Positions 20,300 through 30,252 of a DNA stretch of 64,000 nt are shown in pieces. Made by a program: the position numbers and the translations under genes. The stretch is from Methanothrix sp. (GTDB lineage Archaea; Halobacteriota; Methanosarcinia; Methanotrichales; Methanotrichaceae). The stretch lies in NCBI GenBank assembly GCA_963682135.1, contig OY821645.1, forward strand, positions 1,888,001 to 1,952,000, written 5' to 3'. Numbering within the stretch: the stretch's first letter is position 1; every line of letters starts with the position of its first letter. The notes below the pieces were generated by a model. The model saw only the letters and a list, made by a program, of their open reading frames with translations. It ran no database searches and had not been told where the DNA came from.

Positions 20300-22060
20300 A
20301 TGCTGAAGAATCGCCACATGATATCATTTAAACGATTCGTGATATTTGTAGTTATATTGCTAATTACATTGAATACAGTTAATTCTGAAAAAAGCCGACC
20401 CGCAATTTTTGAAATTAAAAATATCAATGCATCAACAGACAAAGATATATATTTTAGAAATGACATGATACCGGTTGAATATAACATTAACTGCAGTGGC
20501 AAAACGGGCGAAAAATACTTTGTTTTTAAGGCAAACAAGAGTTTTTATTTAAATGAAGCCCCCCAATATAAGCCGAATATAAGCTATCCGTCTGGGGTAG
20601 GTATTCATTCCGAAAAACCCAAGCCCTATTCAACACCAGAGGGATTTAGAAGATATTATATACCACTGTTTGATAATAATAGCGAAAGTAATAGCTACCT
20701 CACAAAAATAACCCTCAACATTTCACCTACATCAGAATGTAAGTTAAACAGAACATTTGATCTAACGGATCGGTCTTTTGTAGATATTTGTCCCATCGGC
20801 AAAAGGATACCATCGCCGATTAGAATTATTAATAAAAATCCAGAAATAATAAATTCAATTATTAATGAAACGAAGATGACTGCACAATTCACGTTCAAAG
20901 ATGAGGATAGTCATCTCGTTGATTGGTATTTGTTTAAAAATGGAAGAAATATTCCTGGATATAATGGAAGCATAAACATGAAGGAAGATCCGATAGACGA
21001 GAATATTATTAACATTTCTCCGTTTTATCCGGAATTGGATTCCATGAGGCTGCGTCTCTTGGATAGTGATGGTGGGGAGAAGTGGAGCAGTTCATTGAAT
21101 AATTGGGAAATTAAAATTAATCGGATTCCCCCTGCAGAAACGATCTACTTGAAATTCTCTATTTTTATCTTAGTCGTTATCGTATTATCTTTTCTTTCTT
21201 TCAACTATTTTCCGTTAGAATTGCGCTGGAAGCTCATTTTGTATGCTATTGTTATTCTTGTTCTGCACTATGAAATATTCAAGTATGATTTCGAATTGCT
21301 CATATCCATTTTGATTATATCAAGTTCACTTTCTAATTATTTCGTATACACATTATCTAAACGAAACATGACTAACAATAATAATGATAAATTCGTCTGG
21401 GATGAAATTCCAGGCAAAGGCAACCAACGACTCGTAGAATTTCTAACACGAATTACTGGAATTAAGTTTAGAAAAAATGCAAAAATTGAAAAATTTGATA
21501 ATGGCGCAACTATCAAAGTATCTACTGACAAGAATATCATTTCACTAAAAATGGATAATAAAAAAACTGAAGTTGTTATAGAAGTCGATAACAAACGAAC
21601 TGATAAATTCATAGCAAAGATGGAAAATGATTGGCTAAACATATACGATAATAAAGATTTTTTAAAAAAATGGTCCTTGATTTTTAGTTCGTGGATGGCT
21701 CTGATTATGCTTATAATAATAAATATATCTTCAAGTGATACCATTAAGATAAATTATATATTTTGTTCGGCAGCCTTAATGGGATTCCCCGCCTTCGTTA
21801 TCCCTACTGCCGCAAAATTAAAAGATTATGCGAAAGGATTTGAGTTGCCTGTGATATTTTATTGCTTAATATGGATCGTAATTCTCATATTTAATATAAC
21901 CGGTGTTACTATAAACTCCTTTGGAAATATTTATATAGAAAATCTTCTCATTGTGTCATATTTGACGTTTTTTTCATTAAATCTCCTACCCGCTCTTGTC
22001 TATTTATACCAATCTCCTGACCAGAGGCCTAATATTTGGGGGCCCAGAGATTTGAATTAG
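20300..22060 (+). CDS. AT-rich multi-pass membrane protein with extracellular N-terminal domain
   Basis: 586-aa ORF, N-terminal hydrophobic segment, about 7 C-terminal TM segments, inserted FVWDEIPG domain. Confidence 0.7.
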   Translation: MLKNRHMISFKRFVIFVVILLITLNTVNSEKSRPAIFEIKNINASTDKDIYFRNDMIPVEYNINCSGKTGEKYFVFKANKSFYLNEAPQYKPNISYPSGVGIHSEKPKPYSTPEGFRRYYIPLFDNNSESNSYLTKITLNISPTSECKLNRTFDLTDRSFVDICPIGKRIPSPIRIINKNPEIINSIINETKMTAQFTFKDEDSHLVDWYLFKNGRNIPGYNGSINMKEDPIDENIINISPFYPELDSMRLRLLDSDGGEKWSSSLNNWEIKINRIPPAETIYLKFSIFILVVIVLSFLSFNYFPLELRWKLILYAIVILVLHYEIFKYDFELLISILIISSSLSNYFVYTLSKRNMTNNNNDKFVWDEIPGKGNQRLVEFLTRITGIKFRKNAKIEKFDNGATIKVSTDKNIISLKMDNKKTEVVIEVDNKRTDKFIAKMENDWLNIYDNKDFLKKWSLIFSSWMALIMLIIINISSSDTIKINYIFCSAALMGFPAFVIPTAAKLKDYAKGFELPVIFYCLIWIVILIFNITGVTINSFGNIYIENLLIVSYLTFFSLNLLPALVYLYQSPDQRPNIWGPRDLN

Positions 22061-22222
22061 ATCGATAGCTATGATATCAATTCTATTATCTACTTTTCTC
22101 ATTCTGTTTTCGCCACATTCTAGATAACCATCGCGACAGGCTCCATGGAAGGCTGTTCTCCAGCCTCCTTCTCATCTCCTCCTGTTTCTTTCCCCCACTC
22201 TTTGCCGTCTTCTTCACAAAAA

Positions 22223-23870
22223 CCTAAGCTCCCCGAAATTTAGGCATATCTGATCAATTTTCGCCATCGATGACCAAAAACTATAAATAGTATGCTGTGC
22301 CTAAATACAACATGAAATCTTTTATTCGAACCAAAAAGATAAATGGCCTGGAATACATATATGAAATTACACCTTATTACGATAAGGAAAAGAAGCAAAT
22401 TCGGCAGAAAAGCAAATACTTGGGAAAGAATGTCAATGGAGTTCCCGTGAAGGTTCGCGCCAAAGACCAAATCCCCAAGAAAGTGCTATCGCATGGCGAA
22501 TTCGTTCCACTCAAGAAGATCACAGAGGACCTTAAGCTAGAAAAGATCCTCTCTGATGTTCTTCCTGGTAAAGAAGTCCGGCCGATTTTGACACTGGCAA
22601 TGAACTATGCCACACACCCCCGAGCACTAACCCATATCCAGAGCTGGTATGAAGGTACGGTCATGTCTGAAGACCATCCGAATCTTCCCTTATCATCACA
22701 GAGCCTTTCACGAATGCTAAGCAGTATCGGTGAAGGTACTGTGAATCTGGAATTCTCTCGCAAACTCATTGAGCAAGTATCCACAGCCAGCACGCTAGTC
22801 TACGATATAACCTCCTTTTCGTCTTACTCTCAGAGCATCAGCCTCCTTGAATACGGCTATAATCGAGATGGCCTCGACCTGCCTCAAATCAATCTGTCTC
22901 TAGTCGTGGACAAAGATCTGGGCATACCGTTGATGTATGATCTCTACCCAGGAAGCATCGCAGATGTATCTACGCTTAAGAATACTATCAAGAAAATGAA
23001 TGCACAGGGCGTCAGAAATTATACTCTGATCATGGATAGAGGCTTCTTTTCAACCGACAATATCGAGGAGATGATATCTGCAGATCTGTCGTTCATTATT
23101 CCGCCAACGAGTAATCTCAAGAACGTCAAAGAAGCGATATCTGCTATCCACAAAAGCATTGACGATCCAGAGCATCTAAAACTCTATGAAAAAGAGCCGC
23201 TGTTTGTGATGCCTGTAGAGATCGATGTTGGTGAAAACAAGCTGAACGGATATGCATATTACGATCAGAAAAGAGAGCAGCAGGAAAGAAATACGTTTTA
23301 TAAGCGACTCTACGATTTGATGGAAGTGCTCAAGTCCAAGAACCTGAAACCCTGGATGAATCCTGGAGAAGTTTTCAGGGCGACTGCGAAAAGAGATGCC
23401 AAGTTTATAGAATGGAAAGCAATAGACGGTAAGTTTCAGGTATCACTTAGAAAAAATGCGGTCTCCCAGGCTATTAATAAAATGGGAAAGTTTATCTTGC
23501 TTTATCGAGGCGAGTTCACGTGGGTGGAATGTCTTGCGCTTTATAGAAGCAAGGATATCGTTGAAAAGGGATTCGATGTTCTGAAGAACGACATCGATTT
23601 GATGCCCGCGAACCTGAGGACCAACAGTAGTCTAAGGGGCTACCTATTCATTTCATTCCTTGCTCTGATCTTGAGGATGAAGCTCATGCGAATGATGATC
23701 GATGCCGAGCTGAATAAAAGATACTCGGTTGAGGGATTGTTCACTGAACTCGAAAAAATCAAGATCATGGTCTTGCCGGATGGAGAAAGAATCACGACCG
23801 AGATCACTAAGAAACAGCGTCAAATTCTGGATGCCATTCATATGTGTGCCTAAAAAATGGGGAGGTCAGG
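22223..23870 (+). mobile_element. IS1634-family insertion sequence, apparently intact
   Basis: Imperfect TIRs cctaagctccccgaaatttagg / cctaaaaaatggggaggtcagg; 6-bp target duplication CAAAAA at 22217-22222 and 23871-23876. Confidence 0.9.
22297..23853 (+). CDS. IS1634-family DDE transposase
   Basis: YDITS, YGYNRDG, GSIADV, IMDRGF, YRSKDIVEKGFDVLK. Confidence 0.92.
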   Translation: MPKYNMKSFIRTKKINGLEYIYEITPYYDKEKKQIRQKSKYLGKNVNGVPVKVRAKDQIPKKVLSHGEFVPLKKITEDLKLEKILSDVLPGKEVRPILTLAMNYATHPRALTHIQSWYEGTVMSEDHPNLPLSSQSLSRMLSSIGEGTVNLEFSRKLIEQVSTASTLVYDITSFSSYSQSISLLEYGYNRDGLDLPQINLSLVVDKDLGIPLMYDLYPGSIADVSTLKNTIKKMNAQGVRNYTLIMDRGFFSTDNIEEMISADLSFIIPPTSNLKNVKEAISAIHKSIDDPEHLKLYEKEPLFVMPVEIDVGENKLNGYAYYDQKREQQERNTFYKRLYDLMEVLKSKNLKPWMNPGEVFRATAKRDAKFIEWKAIDGKFQVSLRKNAVSQAINKMGKFILLYRGEFTWVECLALYRSKDIVEKGFDVLKNDIDLMPANLRTNSSLRGYLFISFLALILRMKLMRMMIDAELNKRYSVEGLFTELEKIKIMVLPDGERITTEITKKQRQILDAIHMCA

Positions 23871-23984
23871 CAAAAAATCACCCATCATATTCGCAGTCCA
23901 GAAAGCCATATACCTGGCGGACCCACATAACCTCCAGCAAAACTTTATATCTTAATTCAGTCTAAATATATATGGTGTGTTAAG

Positions 23985-25757
23985 ATGATTCTCCAATTCC
24001 CAAAACATCTCTTCTGCATGACTATGCTGTTATTCCTATTATCATCCTCGTTGCCGGACTCCGGCGCCGGCGCTCCCTCCCCGGATGCTGCGGGCCTCTC
24101 CCTGAGCGGCACCGCTTTCCAGGATGCCAATGGCGACGGCTTCTTCTCGCCGGGCGAGAAGTCTGTCGCGAATGCTACTATCAGCCTAACCCTGGAAGGA
24201 AATGCTGCGTCCACAGCCACCACAAACGAATCGGGGCAGTATTCTTTCGTCAACCTCTCACCCGGCCGCTATGAACTGAAAATGGACCCCTTCTCAGGCT
24301 GGAGCCTGACTGCACCGGGATCCGGTCGCTACGAGGTGACCCTCTCTGACAGGAGCGGCTCTGGCCTGGACTGGGGCTTCTTTGCGCCGCTGGCCAGCGC
24401 CTCCTTCCCCGCCCGGGAATATCCGATTATGCATCTCACACAGGAAGAGGCAAGCCAGCGGGCCGGGCAGTACGATACTTTCGCCAAAGCCTATCTCAGC
24501 CCTGAGATCGCTAGCCGAATGGCCAGCGAGCCTGCCGCCTCCTTCAGTCTGCTCGACCGACTCAAGTACACCCCCTCGGAGCGAGATCAGGGCACTTGCG
24601 GCAGCTGCTGGGCCTGGGCGGGAACGGGTGTGATGGAACTAGATTATGCTCGCCAAAAGGGCGTTTCCGATCGTCTCTCCACGCAGTATATTGTCTCCAA
24701 CTACAACGGCGGATGCGGCAATTCCGGGGCCTGCTGCGGGGGGTGGCTGCCGGATCTGGTCGGCTTTTACCAGGATAAAGGCATAATGGTTCCCTGGTCC
24801 AACAGCAATGCTCATTATCGAGGTGGAGAACAGGGCTGCGGCGCATGCTCGATTGTATCCGCATCCACCATATCAACCGAGCCTCATTATGATCTGTCGG
24901 CCATCTCCGTTAATACCATTCCCACTCAAAAATTGACCAACGAAGAGGCTATCTCCAACATTAAGAATGTCTTGCTGCAGGGCAAAGGCATCTGGTTTGC
25001 CTACTATCTGCCGGATAAGAGTGCCTGGGACAATTTCTTTAGATTCTGGGGCAGCGAGCCGGAGAGCGCCGTTTGGCAGCCGGACAGTGCCTGCGGCAGA
25101 CCATTTGACTATAAGAACGGAGGCGGGCATGCCGTTCTCTGCGTGGGCTACGATGAATCCGATCCCAATAACCGCTACTGGATTATGCTCAATAGCTGGG
25201 GCGATACAACCGGACGACCGGCAGGCCTCTTTCGCATGAATATGGACATGAACTACGATTGCACCTACGGCGATATCGGATATGCCTTCTACTGGATGAC
25301 TCTGGACATGAGCTACCCGCAGGAAGATCTTGAGTGGTCGCAAGCTTTTCCAGACGCCATGGCAAGCCCCAATCAGCAGCCTGTAAAGCCTGACAAGCCT
25401 CAAGGCAGCAGAACCGGTACTCTGCAGAAACCTTACAGCTTTGCCGCCTCAGCGATCGATCCGGATGGCGACGATCTTCAGATTACCTTCGATTGGGGTG
25501 ACGGCAGCACCTCGCAGACCGAGATGGTAAAATCGGGAACACTGGTGCAAATGCCGCATAGCTGGAGCCGGGCAGGAACCTACCAGGTCCGGGTCATGGC
25601 AAAGGACGAAAATGATGCAGAATCACTCTGGTCCGCCGGCAAAGCGGTGAAGATCTATGCAGTGCCCGCTCGCACCAAGGAACGGCCCGCTCCCAGGATA
25701 AAAACAGAAAAAGCAGGACAGGGCAAGGAAACCTGTCCCTGTTCAAAGAAGTCGTGA
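23985..25757 (+). CDS. Secreted papain-family (C1) cysteine protease with SdrD-B-like and PKD domains
   Basis: RDQGTCGSCWAW, GGHAVLCVGY, WIMLNSWG; N-terminal FQDANGDG...GQYSFVNL; C-terminal FDWGDG...HSW. Confidence 0.88.
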   Translation: MILQFPKHLFCMTMLLFLLSSSLPDSGAGAPSPDAAGLSLSGTAFQDANGDGFFSPGEKSVANATISLTLEGNAASTATTNESGQYSFVNLSPGRYELKMDPFSGWSLTAPGSGRYEVTLSDRSGSGLDWGFFAPLASASFPAREYPIMHLTQEEASQRAGQYDTFAKAYLSPEIASRMASEPAASFSLLDRLKYTPSERDQGTCGSCWAWAGTGVMELDYARQKGVSDRLSTQYIVSNYNGGCGNSGACCGGWLPDLVGFYQDKGIMVPWSNSNAHYRGGEQGCGACSIVSASTISTEPHYDLSAISVNTIPTQKLTNEEAISNIKNVLLQGKGIWFAYYLPDKSAWDNFFRFWGSEPESAVWQPDSACGRPFDYKNGGGHAVLCVGYDESDPNNRYWIMLNSWGDTTGRPAGLFRMNMDMNYDCTYGDIGYAFYWMTLDMSYPQEDLEWSQAFPDAMASPNQQPVKPDKPQGSRTGTLQKPYSFAASAIDPDGDDLQITFDWGDGSTSQTEMVKSGTLVQMPHSWSRAGTYQVRVMAKDENDAESLWSAGKAVKIYAVPARTKERPAPRIKTEKAGQGKETCPCSKKS

Positions 25758-25770
25758 GACTGTAAGAAAT

Positions 25771-27015
25771 TTAGGAAGGAGGACAAGCGTTTTTTCCCAG
25801 ATTCGCTACCATCGCCTCAGCCCTTCTTCCCACCTCGGATGGGTCCAGAGGAACACGGGCCACGCCCGTTTCTATGGCGGCGCGAGCTACGGCTGCAGCC
25901 ACGGCGGGGACTACCCTTCGGTCCAATGGCGAGGGAATGATGCATACCTCGGACACGTTCTCAACCAGTCCGGCAATGGCCTGGGAAGCTGCGACCTTCA
26001 TAGCTTCATTGATGTCCGATGCCCGCACATCCAGAGTCCCGCGAAAGATCCCCGGGAAGCCCAGCACATTATTGACCTGATTGGGGAAATCGGATCGACC
26101 GGTGGCCACCACCCGCGCTCCCGCCTGCAAAGCCAGGTCGGGCATGATCTCAGGCACGGGATTGGCCATGGCAAAGACAATTGCGCCAGCTGCCATGCTC
26201 TTTACCATTTCAGGAGTCACAATGCCAGCCACAGACAGGCCCAGGAAGACGTCAGCACCCCTAATTGCATCGGCCAGGCTCCCTGTAACATTGCGGGGAT
26301 TGGTCATGCGGGCGATCTCCTGCTTGGCAGGGTTGAGGTCGGACCTGCCCTGGTGGATCACACCCCGGCTATCACAGAGTATGGCATCCTTTACCCCGAA
26401 GCTGTAGAGAAATTTGGTGACGGCGATGCCGGCAGCGCCAGCTCCGCTCACGGCGACCTTGACCTGTTCAAAGGTCTTGCCAACTACCTTGAGAGCATTG
26501 ATGAGAGCTGCCAGGGCAACCACGGCGGTGCCATGCTGATCATCGTGAAATACCGGTATCGACAGGATCTTCTTGAGACGCCCCTCAACCTCAAAGCAGC
26601 GTGGCGCACTTATGTCCTCCAGGTTGATTCCGCCAAAGACGCCCTCTATTTTGGCAACGGTCTCCACAATCACCGATGGGTCCTTGCTGCTTATCGCTAT
26701 GGGAAAAGCATCTATGCCCGCGAAGTTCTTGAACAGAATGGCTTTTCCTTCCATGACCGGTATGGATGCCAGCGGCCCAATATCACCCAGGCCCAGGACA
26801 GCAGTTCCATCTGTTACCACGGCTACAAGATTGCCCTTAGCGGTGTACTCGTAAACGTCATCTGGATTCTTTTCGATCTCGCGACAGGGTTCGGCCACGC
26901 CCGGAGTATAAGCTAATGAGAGGTCACGCACGGTTGCGCAAGGAACCTTGCTGTGGACGGCAATCTTGCCCTTGGCATCTTTATGAAATGCTAATGCATC
27001 ATCTCTTAGAGACAT
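25771..27015 (-). CDS. NAD(P)-dependent malic enzyme
   Basis: LAYTPGVA, VTDGTAVLGLG, VMEGKA, NLEDI, HDDQHGTA, GAGAAG, FAMANP, GRSDFPNQ; start set at MSLRDD because the longer ORF overlaps the tRNA. Confidence 0.93.
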   Translation of the reverse strand: MSLRDDALAFHKDAKGKIAVHSKVPCATVRDLSLAYTPGVAEPCREIEKNPDDVYEYTAKGNLVAVVTDGTAVLGLGDIGPLASIPVMEGKAILFKNFAGIDAFPIAISSKDPSVIVETVAKIEGVFGGINLEDISAPRCFEVEGRLKKILSIPVFHDDQHGTAVVALAALINALKVVGKTFEQVKVAVSGAGAAGIAVTKFLYSFGVKDAILCDSRGVIHQGRSDLNPAKQEIARMTNPRNVTGSLADAIRGADVFLGLSVAGIVTPEMVKSMAAGAIVFAMANPVPEIMPDLALQAGARVVATGRSDFPNQVNNVLGFPGIFRGTLDVRASDINEAMKVAASQAIAGLVENVSEVCIIPSPLDRRVVPAVAAAVARAAIETGVARVPLDPSEVGRRAEAMVANLGKNACPPS

Positions 27016-27063
27016 AACAACTCCTGTTTTTAGGATCCTGCGGCTAACTAGGGAGGAGCAACA

Positions 27064-27071
27064 GATATAAA
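27064..27071 (+). promoter_or_regulatory. Probable TATA box of the tRNA-Ser gene
   Basis: gatataaa about 30 nt upstream of the tRNA 5' end. Confidence 0.45.
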
Positions 27072-27098
27072 GCATGGGTCCGACGGAGAATTGTAAGG

Positions 27099-27250
27099 GC
27101 CGGGGTGGCAGAGCGGACAATTTCAGCCGGCTTTAGGCCGACTGGAGTTCATACGCGGCAGGCTCGAGACCTGTTGTCCCTTCCTGGGACGCTTGGGTTC
27201 AAAATGATTGAGAGCGCGATAGCTCTCTCAGGAAAATCCCAACCCCGGCG
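27099..27250 (+). tRNA. tRNA-Ser(CGA) with two non-canonical introns (27121-27152 and 27204-27236)
   Basis: Acceptor GCCGGGG/CCCCGGC plus G73; anticodon arm GCAGG-CT-CGA-GA-CCTGT; long variable arm GTCCC/GGGAC; T-arm TTGGG-TTCAAAT-CCCAA after splicing; 87 nt mature. Confidence 0.88.
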
Positions 27251-27301
27251 CTAATTGATTATGGAAAGTTTCATATCATAGCAGAAAAAGGCGATAAAGT
27301 T

Positions 27302-27451
27302 ATGGCTAGATTTCCAGAAGCTGAAAAGAGAATCTTGAATCTCAAGATATGCATGAGCTGCAACGCACGAAATCCTGTAAGAGCAACTCGCTGCCGCAAG
27401 TGCGGCTACAAAGGACTGAGGATGAAGTCCAAGGAAAATAAGACCGCTTAA
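27302..27451 (+). CDS. rpl40e: 50S ribosomal protein L40e (not in ORF track)
   Basis: [42 protein letters not shown]. Confidence 0.95.
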   Translation: MARFPEAEKRILNLKICMSCNARNPVRATRCRKCGYKGLRMKSKENKTA

Positions 27452-28209
27452 TGATGCTTGAGAGAGGCAGAGTCGAGCTCTTGCTGGCTGGCGCAGTTGC
27501 CGAGCGCGGCGCCGGACATCTCACGTTGATTGATCCGGATTCTCAGAGTCCGGCCCAGGCAGGAGCTATGGCTCTGGCCGCAGCCAAAGGCGGCACGGAT
27601 GCCATCATGGTAGGCGGCTCAGTAGGTGCGGCAGGAATTCTTCTTCATGAGACCGTGCGGGAGATCAAGAAGTTGACAGACCTGCCTGTAATTCTGTTTC
27701 CCAGTAGCGTAGCCGGCCTGTGTGAAAATGCGGATGCAGTCTTCTTTATGAGCCTGTTAAACTCCCGAACCCCGGCATATATCGTGGAAAACCAGGCGCT
27801 TGGTGCACCTTTGATCATGCGTTACGGCCTTGAGCCCATACCCATGGCATATATCATAGTTGAGCCTGGTGGAACGGTGGGCTTTGTGGGCGATGCCCGC
27901 CTCATACCGCGAAGAAAGCCGGAACTGGCTGCCGCTTACGCCCTGGCAGCCAAGTACATGGGCATGAGACTGGTATACCTCGAAGCCGGGTCGGGCGCAG
28001 ACTCTCCCGTGCCTGTCGGCATGGTGGCCCTGGTCAAGAAGCTCCTGGGTGACGTCCTGTTAATAGTAGGCGGCGGGATTCGCAGCGGTCGCGCAGCAGC
28101 CGAATTGGTAGCTGCCGGGGCAGACCTGATTGTTACGGGAACCGGCGTGGAGAAGAGCCAAGATGTCGCCTCTTTTGTCTCCGAGCTGACAAAATCCATT
28201 CGCAGGTAG
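27451..28209 (+). CDS. Geranylgeranylglyceryl phosphate synthase
   Basis: HLTLIDPD, IMVGGS, PVILFP, SLLNS, YLEAGSGA, VGGGIR. Confidence 0.92.
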   Translation: MMLERGRVELLLAGAVAERGAGHLTLIDPDSQSPAQAGAMALAAAKGGTDAIMVGGSVGAAGILLHETVREIKKLTDLPVILFPSSVAGLCENADAVFFMSLLNSRTPAYIVENQALGAPLIMRYGLEPIPMAYIIVEPGGTVGFVGDARLIPRRKPELAAAYALAAKYMGMRLVYLEAGSGADSPVPVGMVALVKKLLGDVLLIVGGGIRSGRAAAELVAAGADLIVTGTGVEKSQDVASFVSELTKSIRR

Positions 28210-28215
28210 TTATTC

Positions 28216-29361
28216 GTGCCTTCTCCAATCCAGATATTTCTAGATCGGCATAATCTGGACGGTTTTCTCTTTGTCGGCGACAGTATCTGTGATGCCGACA
28301 TGTATTATATCTCTCATTTTCTGGCAGGCGACAGATTCGCCGCTCTCGCCCAGGAGAAGACCACACTGCTCGTCTCTTCCATGGAGATGAAACGGGCGGA
28401 GAAGGAGTCCATAGCAGACAAATGTCTGAGCACATCACAATACCGAATTAGAGAAAAGCTGAAGAGAAGCGAAAACTGGGAAGAGGCTTATGCCTGGATG
28501 CTAGCGGATTTTTTGCGGGATCACAGCATAAAACGTCTGGGGGTGCCGTTTCGCTTTCCGGCTGGTCTATACCGACATCTGATCCAGGATTTCGAGGTCG
28601 CTGTCCAGGAGAGCCCCGCCTCAAGCTCTCGAGAGGTAAAGACGCAAGAAGAGCTAAGCGCCATTGCCGATACACAGAGGGCTTGCGAGAGAGCCATGCG
28701 CCAGGCGATTCTTTTGATCGGCAGCTGTGAACCACGTGGGGAATTGCTCTATCGCGACGATATGCCTCTTACCTCGGAAAAGGTGCGCAGTGCAATTGAT
28801 GTATCTCTGCTGGGGGATGGCTGCGAGACAATGGATACCATAGTTGCCGGCGGCCTGCAAGCGGCAGCCCCCCATGCGCGAGGAACGGGACCGTTAGCCG
28901 CCAATGCCCCCATTGTCATAGATATCTTTCCGCGCAGCAAGAGCAGCCGCTACTTTGCCGATATGACGCGCACGGTTCTCAGAGGCGAAGCCACACTGGA
29001 AGTAAAAGAGATCTATGAGGCAGTCTGTCTGGCGCAGGCCGAGGGCCTTCTAGCGGTCCGGGCGGGCGTATGCGGCAAAGAGGTTCATTCTCGGGTATCA
29101 GAGGTCTTCCGGGATCAGGGATATCCGGAGACTGAGGGCCAGGGCTTTACCCATTCCACCGGGCACGGCGTGGGCCTGGATGTGCATGAAAAACCCTCGC
29201 TCAGCGAAGTAGGTGAGACTCTAGAAGTCAACCATGTGGTAACCGTGGAACCAGGCCTTTACTATCCCGATATCGGAGGCGTGCGCATGGAGGACTTGGT
29301 AGTAGTAAAGAAAAACGGCTGCGAGAACCTCACTCATTTCGAGAAGAAGCTCGTTATTTAG
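28216..29361 (+). CDS. Xaa-Pro aminopeptidase (M24 family)
   Basis: DIFP, YFADMTRT, HSTGHGVGLDVHE, VTVEPGLY, GVRMED. Confidence 0.9.
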   Translation: MPSPIQIFLDRHNLDGFLFVGDSICDADMYYISHFLAGDRFAALAQEKTTLLVSSMEMKRAEKESIADKCLSTSQYRIREKLKRSENWEEAYAWMLADFLRDHSIKRLGVPFRFPAGLYRHLIQDFEVAVQESPASSSREVKTQEELSAIADTQRACERAMRQAILLIGSCEPRGELLYRDDMPLTSEKVRSAIDVSLLGDGCETMDTIVAGGLQAAAPHARGTGPLAANAPIVIDIFPRSKSSRYFADMTRTVLRGEATLEVKEIYEAVCLAQAEGLLAVRAGVCGKEVHSRVSEVFRDQGYPETEGQGFTHSTGHGVGLDVHEKPSLSEVGETLEVNHVVTVEPGLYYPDIGGVRMEDLVVVKKNGCENLTHFEKKLVI

Positions 29362-29370
29362 GTGTTATCA

Positions 29371-30252
29371 ATGCAGAAGGAAATTTTAGAGAATTACAGA
29401 AAGGCAGGGCGGATCCTGGCCGAGGTGCTGGCCGAGGCAAGGCCGCGAGTAGAATTGGGCGCGTCACTGCTGGATGTGGCAAATTTCGTGGAGGATGCGA
29501 TCAGATCAAAGGGCGCAAAGCCCGCTTTTCCCTGCAACATATCTCTGGATAGAAACGCAGCTCATTACACGCCTTCGCCCCTTGATACCGCCCGTTTTAG
29601 CGAGAATATGGTCAAGCTGGATGTGGGTGTGCATGTGGACGGCTATATCGCTGATGCCGCCATCACCATTGACCTTAGCGGCCATGATAAACTGGTCGAA
29701 GCCTCTCATGTTGCTCTGCAGGCGGCTTTAGAGATAATCGAGCCCGGCACAGACACCGCCCAGATCGGCAAAGTCATAGAAGAGGCCATAACCGGTTACG
29801 GCTACAAGCCGGTATATAATTTGACAGGTCACGGTCTGTCTAGATATCTGGCCCATGACGAGCCTGCGGTGCCCAATAAAGCTATGGAAAAGGGAACCGT
29901 CTTGAAGGAAGGTGATGTTATCGCCATTGAGCCCTTTGCCACCAACGGATCGGGGAGGATCAGCGAGGCCCAGATTAATGAGATCTACGGTTTTTCCGCC
30001 ATGCGACCGGTGCGCCTTCCTGCAGCCCGTACGCTCTTAAAAGAGATTTCCGAAGAATACAAGACACTTCCCTTTGCCAGGCGCTGGCTGCAAGCCGAGA
30101 GGGCGGAATATGCGCTCATGCAGCTACTGCGCAGTGGAAGCGTGCACAGATATCCTGTGCTCTGGGAAGTAGAAGGTGCCCTGGTCTCCCAGGCCGAGCA
30201 CACCGTTGTGGTTCTCGATAATGGATGCGAGGTAATAACCAGATCGATCTAG
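29371..30252 (+). CDS. map: Type II methionine aminopeptidase
   Basis: AFPCNIS, AAHYTP, KLDVGVHVDGYIAD, NLTGHGL, AIEPF, QAEHT. Confidence 0.94.
   Translation: MQKEILENYRKAGRILAEVLAEARPRVELGASLLDVANFVEDAIRSKGAKPAFPCNISLDRNAAHYTPSPLDTARFSENMVKLDVGVHVDGYIADAAITIDLSGHDKLVEASHVALQAALEIIEPGTDTAQIGKVIEEAITGYGYKPVYNLTGHGLSRYLAHDEPAVPNKAMEKGTVLKEGDVIAIEPFATNGSGRISEAQINEIYGFSAMRPVRLPAARTLLKEISEEYKTLPFARRWLQAERAEYALMQLLRSGSVHRYPVLWEVEGALVSQAEHTVVVLDNGCEVITRSI

Noticed and set aside
22080-23940. Small minus-strand gene interrupted by IS1634
   Set aside because: Rejoining the flanks still needs a frameshift and gives no recognisable protein.
27016-27120. N-terminal extension of the malic enzyme ORF
   Set aside because: Overlaps the tRNA and its promoter; homologous start is MSLRDD at 27015 with an RBS.
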